Assembly (NCBI GenBank): GCA_020137815.1
Contig: CM035350.1
Location: forward strand, 558,001-622,000
Length of the DNA stretch: 64,000 bases
Direction: 5' to 3'
Source: Hormiphora californensis
Taxonomy: Eukaryota > Animalia > Ctenophora
The stretch's first letter is position 1. Each line of letters starts with the position of its first letter. The notes under the pieces are model-generated. The model had not been told where the DNA came from, did no database searches, and saw nothing but the letters and a program-made list of their open reading frames with translations. This document shows positions 45,600 to 59,624 of the stretch, piece by piece. The position numbers and the translations under genes were made by a program.

Positions 45600-47840
45600 A
45601 CCGAGAGATTGAGGGAGAGAGATTGAGGGAGAGAGATTGAGGGAGAGGGATGGAGGGAGAGGGATGGAGAGAGATTGAGGGAGAGAGGATGGAGAGAGAT
45701 TGAGGGAGAGGGATTGAGGGAGAGGGATTGAGAGAGATTGAGGGAGAGAGGATGGAGAGAGATTGAGGGAGAGGGAGAGAGAGAGAGAGAGAGAGAGGGA
45801 TGGAGAGAGATTGAGGGAGATTGAGGGAGAGGGATGGAGAGAGATTGAGGGAGAGAGATTGAGGGAGAGGGATGGAGAGAGATTGAGGGAGAGGGATGGA
45901 GAGAGATTGAGGGAGAGGGATTGAGAGAGATTGAGGGAGAGAGATTGGGGGAGATTGAGGGAGAGGGATGGAGAGAGATTGAGGGAGAGGGATTGAGAGA
46001 GATTGAGGGAGAGGGATGGAGAGAGATTGAGGGAGAGGGATGGAGAGAGATTGAGGGAGAGGGATTGAGAGAGATTGAGGGAGAGAGATTGAGGGAGAGG
46101 GATTGAGGGAGAGGGATGGAGAGAGATGGAGAGAGAGGGATGGAGAGATTGAGGGAGAGGGAGGGAGAGAGATTGAGGGAGAGGGATGGAGAGAGATTGA
46201 GGGAGAGGGATGGAGAGAGATTGAGGGAGAGGGATGGAGAGAGATTGAGGGAGAGAGATTGAGAGAGAGGGATGGAGAGAGATTGAGGGAGAGAGATTGA
46301 GAGAGATTGAGGGAGATTGAGGGATGGATAGAGATTGGGGAAGAGAGGATGGAGAGAGATGGAGAGAGATTGAGGGAGAGGGATGGAGAGAGATTGAGGG
46401 AGAGGGATGGAGAGAGATGGAGGGAGAGGGATGGAGAGAGATTGAGGGAGAGGGATGGAGAGAGATTGAGGGAGAGGGATGGAGAGAGATTGAGGGAGAG
46501 GGATGGAGAGATTGAGGGAGAGGGAGGGAGAGAGATGGAGGGAGAGGGATGGAGAGAGATTGAGGGAGAGGGATGGAGAGAGATTGAGGGAGAGGGATGG
46601 AGAGAGATTGAGGGAGAGAGATTGAGAGAGAGGGATGGAGAGAGATTGAGGGAGAGAGATTGAGAGAGATTGAGGGAGATTGAGGGATGGATAGAGATTG
46701 GGGAAGAGAGGATGGAGAGAGATGGAGAGAGATTGAGGGAGAGGGATGGAGAGAGATTGAGGGAGAGAGATTGAGGGAGAGGGATGGAGAGGGAGAGGGA
46801 TGGAGAGAGATTGAGGGAGAGAGATTGAGGGAGAGAGATGGAGGGAGAGGGATGGAGGGAGATTGAGGGAGAGAGATTGAGGGAGAGAGATGGAGGGAGA
46901 TTGAGGGAGAGAGATTGAGGGAGAGGGATGGAGAGAGATTGAGGGAGAGAGATTGAGGGAGAGAGATGGAGGGAGATTGAGGGAGAGAGATTGAGGGAGA
47001 GGGATGGAGGGAGATTGAGGGAGAGAGATTGAGGGAGAGGGATGGAGGGAGATTGAGGGAGAGGGATGGAGAGAGATTGAGGGAGATTGAGGGATGGAGG
47101 GAGATTGAGGGAGAGGGATGGAGAGAGATTGAGGGAGAGGGATAGAGAGAGATTGAGGGAGAGGGCTGGAGAGAGATTGAGGGAGAGGGATGGAGAGGGA
47201 TGGAGAGAGATTGAGGGAGAGGGATGGAGAGAGATTGAGGGAGAGAGATTGAGGGAGAGGGATGGAGAGAGATTGAGGGAGAGGGATTGAGGGAGATTGA
47301 GAGGGATTGAGGGAGAGAGATTGAGGGAGAGGGATGGAGAGATATTGAGGGAGAGGGATTGAGGGAGAGGGATGGAGAGAGATTGAGAGAGAGAGATTGA
47401 GAGAGAGGGATGGAGAGAGATTGAGGGAGAGGGATGGAGAGAGATTGAGGGAGAGGGATTGAGGGAGAGGGATTGAGGGAGATTGAGGCAGAGGGATGGA
47501 GAGAGATTGAGGGAGAGGGAGAGAGATTGAGGGAGAGGGATGGAGAGATATTGAGGGAGAGGGATGGAGAGAGATTGAGGGATGGAGAGAGATGGAGAGA
47601 GATTGAGGGAGAGGGATGGAGAGAGATTGAGGGAGAGGGATGGAGAGAGATTGAGGGAGAGGGATGGAGAGAGATTGAGGGAGAGGGATTGAGGGAGATT
47701 GAGGGAGAGGGATGGAGAGAGATTGGGGGAGAGAGATTGAGGGAGAGGGATGGAGAGATATTGAGGGAGATTGAGGGATGGAGAGGGATGGAGAGAGATT
47801 GAGAGAGATTGAGGGAGAGGGATGGAGAGAGATTGAGGGA
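45600..47840. repeat. Purine-rich 12/24-bp minisatellite (gagggagagggatggagagagatt)n; resumes at 51531-51780
   Basis: Direct inspection; source of the spurious 842-aa ORF. Confidence 0.95.
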
Positions 47841-50800
47841 TACTTACTTTTTTGATACTTTTGAGTTGTTCGTCATGATACGTCAGGTCATCCCAGGAAC
47901 TCGGACCACCGTTTATTGAAACTGGCTCCAACACACCAGTCAGACAAAGAGTTTCTGTTTGGTGCTTGATATCCAGGTGTAGGCGGACGGTCTGGGATAT
48001 CACGGAGAAGGAGGTCCAACTTATGTTTAAATAAATCAGGGTCCTCAATCTCCCTCAGATCGTCCGGGAGACAGTTCCACAGTCTAGGGCCGATGGAACC
48101 GAAAGAAGAGCTGTATATTGTGCTAGTTCTTTTGCTCTTCACCCGTGACAGGTCAGGTAACTCTGCTTTGACACCGTGGCGGGATGTACGGTTGAAGCTA
48201 ACACCGGTTTCGTTTGGTATCAACTCCCGATATGTCTTGTGCATAATTAGCACCGCATACCTATCCCGTCGTCTTTGCAAAGACATCAAGTCAAGGGCTT
48301 TTAGGCGCTGCCAGTAGTCAAGGTCCCTTCATACCCCGAGATTTTCGCTGTGAAACCCCGCTGAACAGACTCTAGCACAGTTGGATGTCTTCCGACGGTT
48401 ATGCGTGGCTCCACAATGGAGAAGCAGGTGATCGTGCGCCCCTTCTAAGGCTTCTGGACCAGTGTTTATATACAGTGGATCATCAGCTCTGGTTCCGCTA
48501 TCTGGAGAACACCCCGGTAACACCCCTTGTGCCAGGCAATCTTCCTCGTTTGGCCAAATTTACGAGTGCGGCTCGCAGGATAAGTCCTGGAGACTTTGAT
48601 ACCCAGATCCCTTACTGAGCCGATGGTGAGATCTTTGCACCGCCACTAGGTGGGTACTCGATGCCCGTCTGGAAAGAGGTTTCATGTGGGAATCGGGGTT
48701 GTGTTTTGTGGGTCAGAAGAATCATATTTGTCCTTCATTTAGGACCTATTATTTTTTTTTGGTGTGTCCTAGACTCAGGCATCACTCGATCCAGATCCTG
48801 CTGTAACTTCATCCAGTCAGTTTCAGCATATTCTCCATTGCGGCTCTAGAAGTCGCGCAAGAAACTGAGTATAGCATCTTTTACAACCCCCCTCAGATCA
48901 TTATAAAGATCAGAAAGAGTATGGAGCAGCACACTCCCCTGGTGTACACCCTATGATGGTTGCGATCTCAGATTGTGCTCCGTCAAACCACTTTTGTTTC
49001 CTGTCGGTCAGAAAAGATTCCATCCATTCAACAATTTGAGAGTGGACTCCATACCGATTCAGTTTTAGCAAGCAGTATACCAATGTCCACACGGTCGAAC
49101 GCTCGGCTATATCCAGGTACACAGGGTCGACATCCTTTTTCTCACACAAGCTTTCATAACCCAGGCTATTTGCCAAGAAGCTGGGTCTCAAACCCGATCG
49201 TCCTTTACGAAAACCATGTTGTCTTTTAGAAAGTTCCTTTTTTTCAAAGTGTTTCAACCATATGGAGGCCCTGACAATTCGACTCGAACAGTTTATTACA
49301 TGACTCGTTTTAAAGTACAGGCATTATTTTTGGTGCTGGACTTTGTCCCCCCTTTTTGTAGAGGGGGACAACGTGACCCATTTTGTAGTACTCCGGCCTT
49401 TCCTAGTAGAAGTGAGTCACGCCCATAGTCCCAGAGGTTTCAACCATACCTCCTCACACTCTTTCAGGATCCGGGAGGGGGTATTTCCATCCGGTCCGGG
49501 TGAGGAATAAGACTCCAGGTCCTTACACAAACTGTTTTTTTTTTTGATATCTTCGTCCGTGGAGCTCAATACCATCAGCTACCATGATAGCTCAAAGGTT
49601 TATTGAGGTAGTCTCTCGGTTTCAGGTTGTTCGGGTCGCTGACACCCTAACAGAACGCGCTTTGAAAAGGTCTGCGATATCTTTGGCTCAGTTTACATGG
49701 AGCCATCCTCCTTTGTGATCAGGGGAATGCTAGACTTCCCCTTTGCAAAAGATTTTCGAAGATAGAATTACCGTGGGTCTGACTTCACTTCAGTACCGCA
49801 CAGTCGCCTCACAGTCATGCTTTCCTAGGCAGTACGCATGTCTTTGATCCTCGGGCAGACCTGGGAGAGATGTCTCCACTCTTCTGCTGCTGCTACTTGG
49901 TCTTACTTCTCAGGCTTCCATACGTGCTCGGAGTTTGATCTTCTTTCTCCGTAGATTTTTGTAGCAGTTTGGTTTCGCTTTGGGAGGCTTTTACTTCCGG
50001 GACACCTCCTGGCAGACAGAGAGAATTCTTGGGTGAACCACCCTGAAAACTCTGGAAAAAAAACAATTCGCTTCTCATGTGAAGCTTTTCCCAGTTTAGC
50101 TCGGCTAGTCTCTCTCTCAGGAGATCGTAGTCCCCGTTTGTGCCAGTGCAAGAGCTCTGAATCCTTCCAGTTTAGCTCGTGCTCTCTGTTGAGGGCGAGT
50201 GGGTGGAAGGTAAGACCCATGCACTAGGTATGGGTCCGACTCTCCTGACCTACCACTTAACTTTGGCCCCAAGAGATACCTTGTTCACAGGAACAAGTCA
50301 AGGATGTTTTTGCCCTCTTGTAGGGGAGTCCCACAATCTGTTGTAGAAAATAGTTCTTCCAAAACTCCAAAGATGTCAGCTGACCGTGTATTTTCTGCTG
50401 ACCTTCATCCGATAGACAGGTTTTTCCAATCAGTTGTCGGAAATTAAATTCCCCCCATACGGAAGAAATCGGTATCCGGGTCCTTTTCTAAGTTGGAAAC
50501 TAAGACTAGGAGAACTCCGGAAAGCATGATCAGGGGGCATCATGGTCGGTATTACTACGCATACTCCATTTGAACAGATGGAACGGCAGAAAACCGCCTC
50601 ACATTCCCTCATCGTAGCTAGCTGACCATTTAATCGCAGCCCTTCATCTATATAAAGAAGATCACCTCCTCCCTGTCTCCTACCCTATCCGCTCGATCAC
50701 TGGGTAGGCCCGGCAGCTGGATCGGTGCATCCGGTTGAAAGTCCCTCAACCACGACTCAGTGATACCTATAAATGGTACACATACTCCCTTCTCCCTAAG

Positions 50801-51530
50801 TGAGAGAATCTCGTGGTTCAGTACATCTTTCTTCCACCTTGTATTGCTGCGGGCGCCAGGGTTGAAACCCCCAGCATTTAGCACCAGGCAGGCTGACTCA
50901 TGAAACTGAAGTCTGGCATCTGGCTTTGGGGGAGCCATGCCGGCTTTAACGGAGGACCCGGGAAGCCCCTGTACCTGCAACCTGCTCACTGATTTCTCCA
51001 TAGAGTCCATTCTCCCTATCAGCCGGGTTAGAATCTCCTCGAACCTTTGAAAATCCTGGTATTTGGCGAACTTTCCAGTCTCCTCTACTTTTCTTGCCAG
51101 GGGAGATGGAGTAGTGGTGGGTCAGGTTTTGGTTTTTTGGCTGGGTCTTTGTTCCTTCATGGTTAGCCAGCTTGTTAGCCGAGTTTTGACTGCACTTTTC
51201 TCAACTTTTTGACCCAAAACGGATGGTACGCTTGCATTAGAGTTAAAACAGCATGCTTCAGTTTGTGACAAATTTTGCGACAGTTGGGTGGAATAGGACA
51301 CAACTAGTATCGGTACACCCCTTTAGATGTACCAAATTTCAGGAAAGATTTGCGAAACTGTTAGATGCCTATCCTTACAAGGTCTACCCATAATTAGCTT
51401 TGTCCCCCTCGTCCCCGGGTTTTTGGCAACCCCACCCCAAGAAATGCCTTGCACACTGGCCCTTATCCGGGGTCCTCTCCTCCAATATCATCCTTTTTTT
51501 TTCATAATCTTTCTTTGCCTCCTCAACCTT
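47841..51530 (-). mobile_element. Near full-length CR1/L2-group LINE (Cys-rich ORF1 remnant, APE endonuclease, RT), heavily frameshifted
   Basis: FIGITESWL..IQLPG..RADR (APE, 50648-51010); QHGFRKGRS..YLD (RT, 48910-49257); SLQRRRDRY..GPRLWNCLP..IPDRP (47888-48289); short aagt tail at 47841. Confidence 0.85.
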
Positions 51531-52784
51531 CGGGAGAGGATGGAGAGAGATTTGGGAGGGGATGGAGAGAATTAGGGAGATAAATTTAGGAGATTTGGAG
51601 AAGATTGAGGGGAAGGGATTGGAGAGGATTGAGGGGATTGGAAAAAGATTTAGGAGATTGAGGGACTGGAGAGAGATTGGGGAGAGGGATTGAGGAGGGA
51701 TGGGGGGTTAGTTGGGGACCGGCTTATTTCAATTAGAGATGAGGTCGGGGGAGGGGATGGAGAGAGATTGGGGAGAGAATGCTCCATAGTTGGAAAAGTC
51801 GAGAGGATCCCATGCTCATGTGACACTTTAAAACAAAACAGGCAGTTTGAAGTGATTAAAAGTCAAGTACTAGTGCAAGAGTACTAGTGCCTAGGGCCAC
51901 AGACCACAGTTATGGACATGCAGCATATGACTGCAGTAGAGGCCCGTGCTTGGCAGGTATTGTACTAAAAGGGCATTAGAAATTGAAAAGCTTCAAAAAA
52001 GTTGCAATGAGGACATCGACATGGGTTATCAATTGGTTACGAAGTTACCCCTTGCCAGCGCGCAGAGTGTGAGGTGTCTTCGATACCAAGGTTATCAATG
52101 AACCTCATGATAGATCACTTAGTAGTAGTTGAGGTGGGAGACCTATTACGACAAAGAGAAGAAGGATGATGAAGCTTGAGAAGACACAGGAGTCAGGAGA
52201 GATAGGATGATGAAGAGAAACATATATTCTCACATGGCAACTACAGCACGTACGTCGTTTACCGTCAGCACGTGAAAAATATAGATAGAGAGATATATAT
52301 AGAGAGAGATAGAGAGTGATAGAAAGAGATAGAGAAAGATAGAGAGATAGGTAGATGGAGGGAAACAAAGACACGACGAGCCAGAGCGACCTGTGAAAGA
52401 GATGTAAATGTTAAAATGAAGTACCACTAAGCCATCGGTAGATCTCCCTCGGCCCTCTCTCTCAATCTCCCTCGTTCCCTCTCTCTCTGTTTTGCGTCAT
52501 GGGACTGTGGGAATATGTTGCAACATGTCCTTTACGTATAATGTCTACACTGAGGGGGGGGGGGGACTGCTTGGTAAGGAGACGTGACGCCAATTAAACA
52601 GGGAGCTATAAGGGATACTGAGGCATGATAAAGGTTTAATTTACAGGAGGTGGTTGTATACATCGAACACTTCATCTGCGCCACATACCTCTGAACCAAT
52701 ATCTCCTCGTTTTAACTTTGGGAAGATTCACTAAAGTCGCATTACCACCCTCCCTCATATATCCACAGAAGTAGCCAGACATGG

Positions 52785-52884
52785 NNNNNNNNNNNNNNNN
52801 NNNNNNNNNNNNNNNNNNNNNNNNNNNNNNNNNNNNNNNNNNNNNNNNNNNNNNNNNNNNNNNNNNNNNNNNNNNNNNNNNNNN
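52785..52884. other. Assembly gap (100 N)
   Basis: Run of N. Confidence 1.
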
Positions 52885-53125
52885 GAGGAAACATGGATGA
52901 AACGATTAGAGACGTGGCAAGAAAAGAGTAGAGATGGAGAGAGAGAGAGAGCGAGAGAGAGGGAGTCGAGAGCGAGATAGCTAGAGAGAGGAGGTGAGAG
53001 AGAGGGAGAGAGTAGTTAGAGGGGAAGGTATAGGCTGGCACTTTTCCCTGCCGTTGACAGTGGATAAGAGGCAGTGAACAATTGTGCAGTGAGCACGGCC
53101 GTAAAGGAAGGTCCCAGGAAAAGGG

Positions 53126-53180
<55 letters not shown>

Positions 53181-54040
53181 TGTAGAGGGAGAAGTATAGT
53201 CCAGAAAATGAGAAAAAAGTAGGAGACCCTGGACAAATACAGAAGGCCACAACAACGCAAAGTGCAGGATAAAATAGAAATAAGGTGGGGGGGGGCATAT
53301 CAAGCATTTCCAGGCTGGTGCGGAGAAAGGACCCAAATGGAAACACAAAAAGGACTTATGTTGAGTACGGAGACCGGGACATTAACGAGATGTTACACAG
53401 AGAGAGAGGATACAATTTAATGAGGTTGAAGAAATGTTAAGACTTCGGGTGATATTATACCCCAATAATTCAGTCAGGGGGTGGGGTGGGGGGGGGGTGG
53501 GGTGTTTGGGGGTAGGTTTTTTGTGTTTGGATTGTGGGTGCCTTTTTTTTCGTTTTTGTATTCTTTTTTTCTTTTTTGTTTTGTGGTTTTCCCTTGTTTT
53601 TTTTCTCTTTTTTTGCTTTTATTTATCTTTTGTTTTTGATTTCTTTATTCTTTTCTGATTTCAGTTTTCTCGGCTTCTGTCCTGTTTTATCGAGTCCGAG
53701 AGGAAAGGGGCCACGGCTGATACTAACCAAGGGTGACAACCGATCAGTTCCTCCCCACAGATAACTTGCCGAATATCTCCAATTGAACTATGTGTATGTG
53801 GAAGCTAGTGACGATGTGTGAGGGTGACAGTACATGTGATATTTGTACAGAGATGTACACACTACACACGTGACTAAAAAGAGAGTGCATAGAACGCCCT
53901 ACAGCTGCTGCAGAATCATCTATGAAGTGAAGTCTAATTGAAAAACAATAAGTTGTTAGGATAGACACATGGTGCGGAGAGAAACAAAGCGAGAGAAAGA
54001 GAGTGAGAGAGAGAGAGCTGGTGAGAGAGATAAAGAGAGG

Positions 54041-54078
<38 letters not shown>

Positions 54079-54616
54079 GAGAGAGGGAGAGAGAGAGGGA
54101 GAGGGAGAGAGAGAGAAAGAAAGAGAGAGGGAGAGCTAGTGAGAGAGAGAGAGAGAGAGAGGGGCGTGTGAGAAAGAGACCACGTGTCTAATCACTATAG
54201 TCAACACAATAAGTTACATCAGGGAATTATTCCATATAAGGGCAATAACAACAACTCGCTAATTAGTCTAGAGAGAGATCCCTCTATAATAATAACACCC
54301 CCTCCCCTCTCTCTGATACATGACACCGTCTGTATTTTGTAAGAATTGAGAACTTCTCAGACCACCAGGCATATTACAGGATCACGCAGTCTACATGAGA
54401 CGTGTGTGTAACTCTGTATCTTGAGACCCCGAAACTAATTCAATGAAAAGGGTCATATAAAGTAAATCAGAAGCCATAACGAATCTCATTCACCCTTTGC
54501 GTACTAAAATATTGGCCTGAGGGGCTATTGCTGTATTTACAAATAGGAGAGCACTTCCGTAGTATTTTCGGAGCCCACAGAAGCATATCATTTTGTTCTA
54601 ACAGTTAGAGTAACTA

Positions 54617-55253
54617 CAGGGTGTTCATTTTGGATCTTTACAAGCGTTGGGCTTCACCCAGAAAAAAGTTGACAAGATGAGGTCATGAAACTTCATACTT
54701 GGACTATTCTATACCCTCATTCAAGGTTCCTGGGGGTTTTGGAGCTCTAGCACCCCGGGAAGTGTGTTTTTGGCATCAACACTACCAGAAGGAATTTTTT
54801 GCTGGTACTGAGACTTTGCTAAAATGTTTTTTGGGTATTTTCTATGTCAATCCTAAAGTTTCATAGAGATTGGATGTGTTTTTCGGACTCAAAATTTCGA
54901 TAAAAGTGGCTGGAAAGGCTCGAAAACAGCTCAAAAACGGCTAAAATTGAGTCTTTCCAACCACTTTTTACGAAAATTTGAGTCTGAAAAACACATCCAA
55001 TCTCTATGAAACTTTAGGATTGACATAGAAAATACCCAAAAAACATTTTAGCAAAGTCTCAGTACCAGCAAAAAATTCCTTCTGGTAGTGTTGATGCCAA
55101 AAACACACTTCCCGGGGTGCTAGAGCTCCAAAACCCCCAGGAACCTTGAATGAGGGTATAGAATAGTCCAAGTATGAAGTTTCATGACCTGATCTTGTCA
55201 ACTTTTTTCTGGGTGAAGGCCAACGCTTGTAAAGATCCAAAATGAACACCCAG
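54617..55253. mobile_element. Tc1/mariner-type palindromic MITE (~640 bp)
   Basis: TA-CAGGGTGTTCATTTTGG ... CCAAAATGAACACCCAG-TA; ~290-bp near-perfect arms. Confidence 0.9.
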
Positions 55254-56676
55254 TATCATGGAGCAGACTATAATAGGATGTAAATTCGGCTATGTAAAGT
55301 ATAACGGCCTCCCATAAACCTCCGGGGGACGTCTGGGGAGTGGGGGTTTCATAATTGATGAACAGGACGAGACGATATGTACTGAGAGTAGAGTGACTCA
55401 TATCTCGATATCTAAGTAATTAGCATTGTAAAATTTTGAGATATAATATAATTCTTTAGGTAGCACTGCTTGTACAACTTATAACACTGGGCAGTGTTAT
55501 AAGTGAAAACTTATAACACTGGGCAGTGTTATAAGTGAAAACTTATAACACTGCCCAGTTATACATGAAAACTTATAACACTGCTGCACTTCGAACTCCA
55601 CTGTTTCTGTCACGTTTAAAAACCGTTAGAAAGATAAACGTGTACGAACTCCCTCTCTCTCTTTCTTTATGTCACACTCTCACGCCGTTGCAGCATCGAA
55701 ATCAAGATAACAGTTACGAACTCCCGGACCCACACATTCTTTATCTCTCACTCTCACTAATCTCTCATTCTCTTTACCTATCTCAGGCGTTATCTGATTT
55801 CTCTGCCTGCTACCTTATCATGAATTTGTTCTATTGTTACGCCCTATGCTAAAGTGTCTCTCACTCTTGTTTAAAAAATTTTACAATGCAATTTTATTAT
55901 GCCTGTTTTCGTTGTACCTGACGTCAACAATAATGTCCCAGATTCGTACACTTTTAGACCTCGCAGGCTCGGTCAAAAAGTAAAACTACATCACTCACAG
56001 GCTCGTGAGGTAGTCAAACTTAGTGGCACTCGCAGGCTCGTGCACTAAAGTACAAGAATCTGCCTCGACCTGTGGTCTCGGATCATTATTGTTGCACTTA
56101 TAACACTCGACCTTCGGTCTCGTGTTATAAGTTTTCAGGTACAACTTATAGGCATAATAAAATCCTACACTGTAAAGTCGTAGAAATCTATCAATCTTTG
56201 AGTTTACACTCTTCTATTAGGCCTGATTAGTGGATACCCCGGTTGGAGAAAGTGAGGACAGAGGAGTTTTCAATTTTCGTGTTATGTCACAAGGATAGGA
56301 TCAAAAGCTACCTACTATAACAGTACACATTTATTAACTTGAATCTGGGGCCTGGGCGCCTGGCTACCGTGAGGTCGGCTCATGGCTGAGGGAGCCCAAT
56401 TATGTCCAGGGAATCATTCCCTGGGAATGGGATAGATCATAGAGCCCCCACTACGGGGTACTGATTGGCTTTAAGGGCAGAATTAAATAGACCAACGCCC
56501 AAGTCCTAACACCGATTGGCGACGGTTTTTAACAGCCGAGAAGCTGCCGAAGAGGTTAAGGGTTCACAAGGCATGGGCCACCTCGAAAAGTCAGGATAAG
56601 AGCTCTCAGGTTGCTCATTTTCAATTTTGGACCAACTAAAAGCGCAAAATGAGAAAAACATATAATAAATTAATTC

Positions 56677-57577
56677 ATGGTCTTCACTGCAGAAACTTTA
56701 TCCTATGTTACAATGGGAGGAACCGAGGTCGACCCAGAGCAGCATGTAAAGGACTTGGGGGTCTGGCTATCTGCAGATGGTACATGGACTCATCATATTG
56801 GCGATATTGTGAGGAGAGCTAACATGATCTCAGGGTGGATATTCTGTGCATTCAGGAGTAGGTCAGCAGAAGTACTACTAACCTTGTATAAGGCATTAGT
56901 TCGACCCATACTAGAATATTGTTGCCTGGTCTGGTATCCAACGAAAATCGGAGATATTCAAGCGGTGGAAAACGTTCAACGGGCGTTCACCCGGAAGATC
57001 CAAGGGATGAAGGATCTGGACTACTGGCAGCGTCTTGAGGCGCTTGACCTCATGTCCCTTCAGAGGAGACGCCAAAGGTATGAGTTAATCCACGTTTGGA
57101 AGATCTATCAGGGGCTTGTCCCCAATTGTGTCGAAATGGAGTTCCAGACGGGTCGGTTGGGAGTACTGGCGAAAACTCAGAAATATCCTTACTGGGCGGA
57201 AGCCAAACGGGCAGGCCAACTGTATAACTCCTTCGGCTTCAGGGCACCTCGGTTATGGAACAGACTTCCTAGAGAGGTTAATTGTTCAGAAACACTTCCT
57301 GGGTTCAAGGCAAACCTTGGTGCGTTCATGAAGAAATTCCATGACAGACCACCGGTGCGTGGCTATGTGACGGTCCTTAATGAGTTCGGAGAGGCAGAAA
57401 GGAAGAGCGTTATGTGAAGCTGTAAATGTTGTTTGCTGCTGACGCTGTTTGTGTTTTACTTTGAGTTAGAGACTGTAAATAGACAATTTGACATAGGAGG
57501 ACCCACGAGATGGGAATTTCTACACTATATGTTTGTATTGTGTGTAATTTATTTGAACTTGAACTTGAACTTGAACT
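56677..57577 (+). mobile_element. 5'-truncated CR1/L2-group LINE with intact C-terminal ORF2 frame (56677-57417) and (TTGAAC)n tail
   Basis: VKDLGVWLS..W.HHI; LYKALVRPILEYCCLVW; SLQRRRQRY; RAPRLWNRLP; tandem tail at 57553-57577. Confidence 0.9.
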
Positions 57578-59624
57578 TAATTCTTCTTATCCTCTTCTTA
57601 TTCACTTCACGTAACAAGCTCAGTGCACCAACTGGGCGTGTTTGGCATACGTTGCAGGCCCCTTATAATATAATATAAGGGGCCTGGAGGGAATACCGCG
57701 CTAGGGGGGAATACATAATCAATCATATCTCCGGTTCCAGATAAGGTACAGAAATCGTTTTGGTAGCGTTGGAAAGAGGAAGATAACAGCTTTCAAATGC
57801 AACCGGTTTCAAGTCTCTATCTTATCAGGAACAGGAGATATGAACCAAACTCCGCAAAATCGAGTGCGGTAAAATCGAAATTGGAATGAAATTTTAAAAA
57901 TGGTGTCCCTGCAAGAATCTGTGACGTCACTTTTTGAAAACAACCCATCTTTCAACGGCTATTGCTCAGCCTCCTCAAGTCCAATTAACTTTTCTCAAAA
58001 ACAGCAAGGTAGATAATCGTCAGATCTAACAACTGGTGAAAGAATCAAGTCAAACGGACTTCAGGAGCCAAAGTTATAAGCACCGCCGTTTTTTCGACCG
58101 CAAAGTTATCTTCGACCCAGCCGGGAACAGGCCAAACGCGCGCGCGGCATTCCCTCCAGTCCCCTCGTTGCGGGGGTGCGCGCATGAGGGGGCTGCAGCG
58201 CATTCCAATGGGCGTGTTTGAGCGTCAAGTAATGTCCATTTTTTTTCAACTGTTCACCCCCCAAAGTCGTGCGCGGAATTGTTTTGCGCGTTTATCACAT
58301 GTTAACGTGTAGCGCGCGCAGCGTAAATTAAAATATCGCACGCGCACGAGTTGAGGGGTGAACAGTTGAATAAAAATGGACTTTAAGAAAAGAGGAGCGT
58401 GTTTGACCGTGTGATGACCTGAAATTTGCTCTTTTTTGTTGAAATTTCCTGAAAACGGTGGCGCGCACAAATAAAGTAAAATATGCGCGTTGCAGTTTAT
58501 GTAACGCGCGACCAAAGTCCGGTCATAAACGGTAAAAGCGCTGCCAAAATTAACTTTCTTGAGCCGCGCATGCACTGGAAAATTTTCTGGTTATAAATTT
58601 TTCGTGGGGTCGCCAGAAATCAAAATTTCGGAGTGCTTCGCGCGTTCTGAGCTGTGATTGGTGGGCGTGACTTGAACATTTCCGTGGGGCCTCATTTTTT
58701 TGAAAGATCTGTGACAGGCACAAGGAATGTTACGCTGAAACCATGTCCTTCATTCGAGAAAAGACACGATTCAGCTTGTTGAGATCAACGCTTGTTGCGC
58801 TTAGGGGCACCAAGAGACGTGTGATCCCAGTCAGAGTGTTGACTTTCGAGATACGTGAGCAGAGAGAGGGAGAATGAGTATATATGAGGGTCAAGGGTGT
58901 GTGCCGTGTGGGTAATTTATTGTAATTTATTGTTTCTTTTGAAAAGCGGTCCCTCATCCCACGCTGAGGCCCCCCCCCCACCGGGGGCCAGCAACGCGTT
59001 GCAACGTTTGCCAATTTTTCATTTTGACTTGAAAAGTGCTGCCTTATCGGGGGCCAGCGGCGTTTGCCAACGGGGGCCAGCGGCGTTTGCCAACATTTTG
59101 ACCAAAATAAATCGTCTTATTTCTTGACACGTAACGAAAAGTGTGTCTGAAATAAATTGGGCACAGCTAAGCCTTGCCACTGTGACAGGGCCTCCTCCTC
59201 AGATCCTGGACACACTTGGGCTCCTGCTGCCGAGAGCCGCTCACCGTCCCTGAGCCTCCAGGTGAACCACAGGAGACTCAAGCTCAATACAGCATGAAAG
59301 GGCAGCAACCAGTAGCATTAAATACATCATTATCACACGTGAGACATCCAGAGCAAGGGAAATCCGACATACATACTCATACTGTGAATTGTGTTGGTGA
59401 TTGTCCTTGTCCCGGAGAGTGTTGAACTAATATCACACAGGGTGTCTCCTGCTCTGGGGCTGTGTTAACTTAAGGCCAGAGGGGGGGGGGGGGTCCGAGG
59501 GTCAAAAAGTATACTTTTCTGAGGTTTACATATGTGATGTAACTCGGAGGTAGGAAAGTTTTGGATAGGGTAACTGCGCGCCAAGTGTATCAGAACCACC
59601 AGTGGCGATTATAAGACTGGGCTG

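Noticed and set aside
45520-48048. 842-aa Ser/Leu/Pro ORF
   Set aside because: Stop-free translation of the purine minisatellite plus antisense-frame LINE sequence; no protein-level complexity
51900-53930. Candidate minus-strand exons near 52050-52140 and 53730-53930
   Set aside because: Splice-like sites are present but frames are ambiguous, the region spans an assembly gap, and no homology is recognisable
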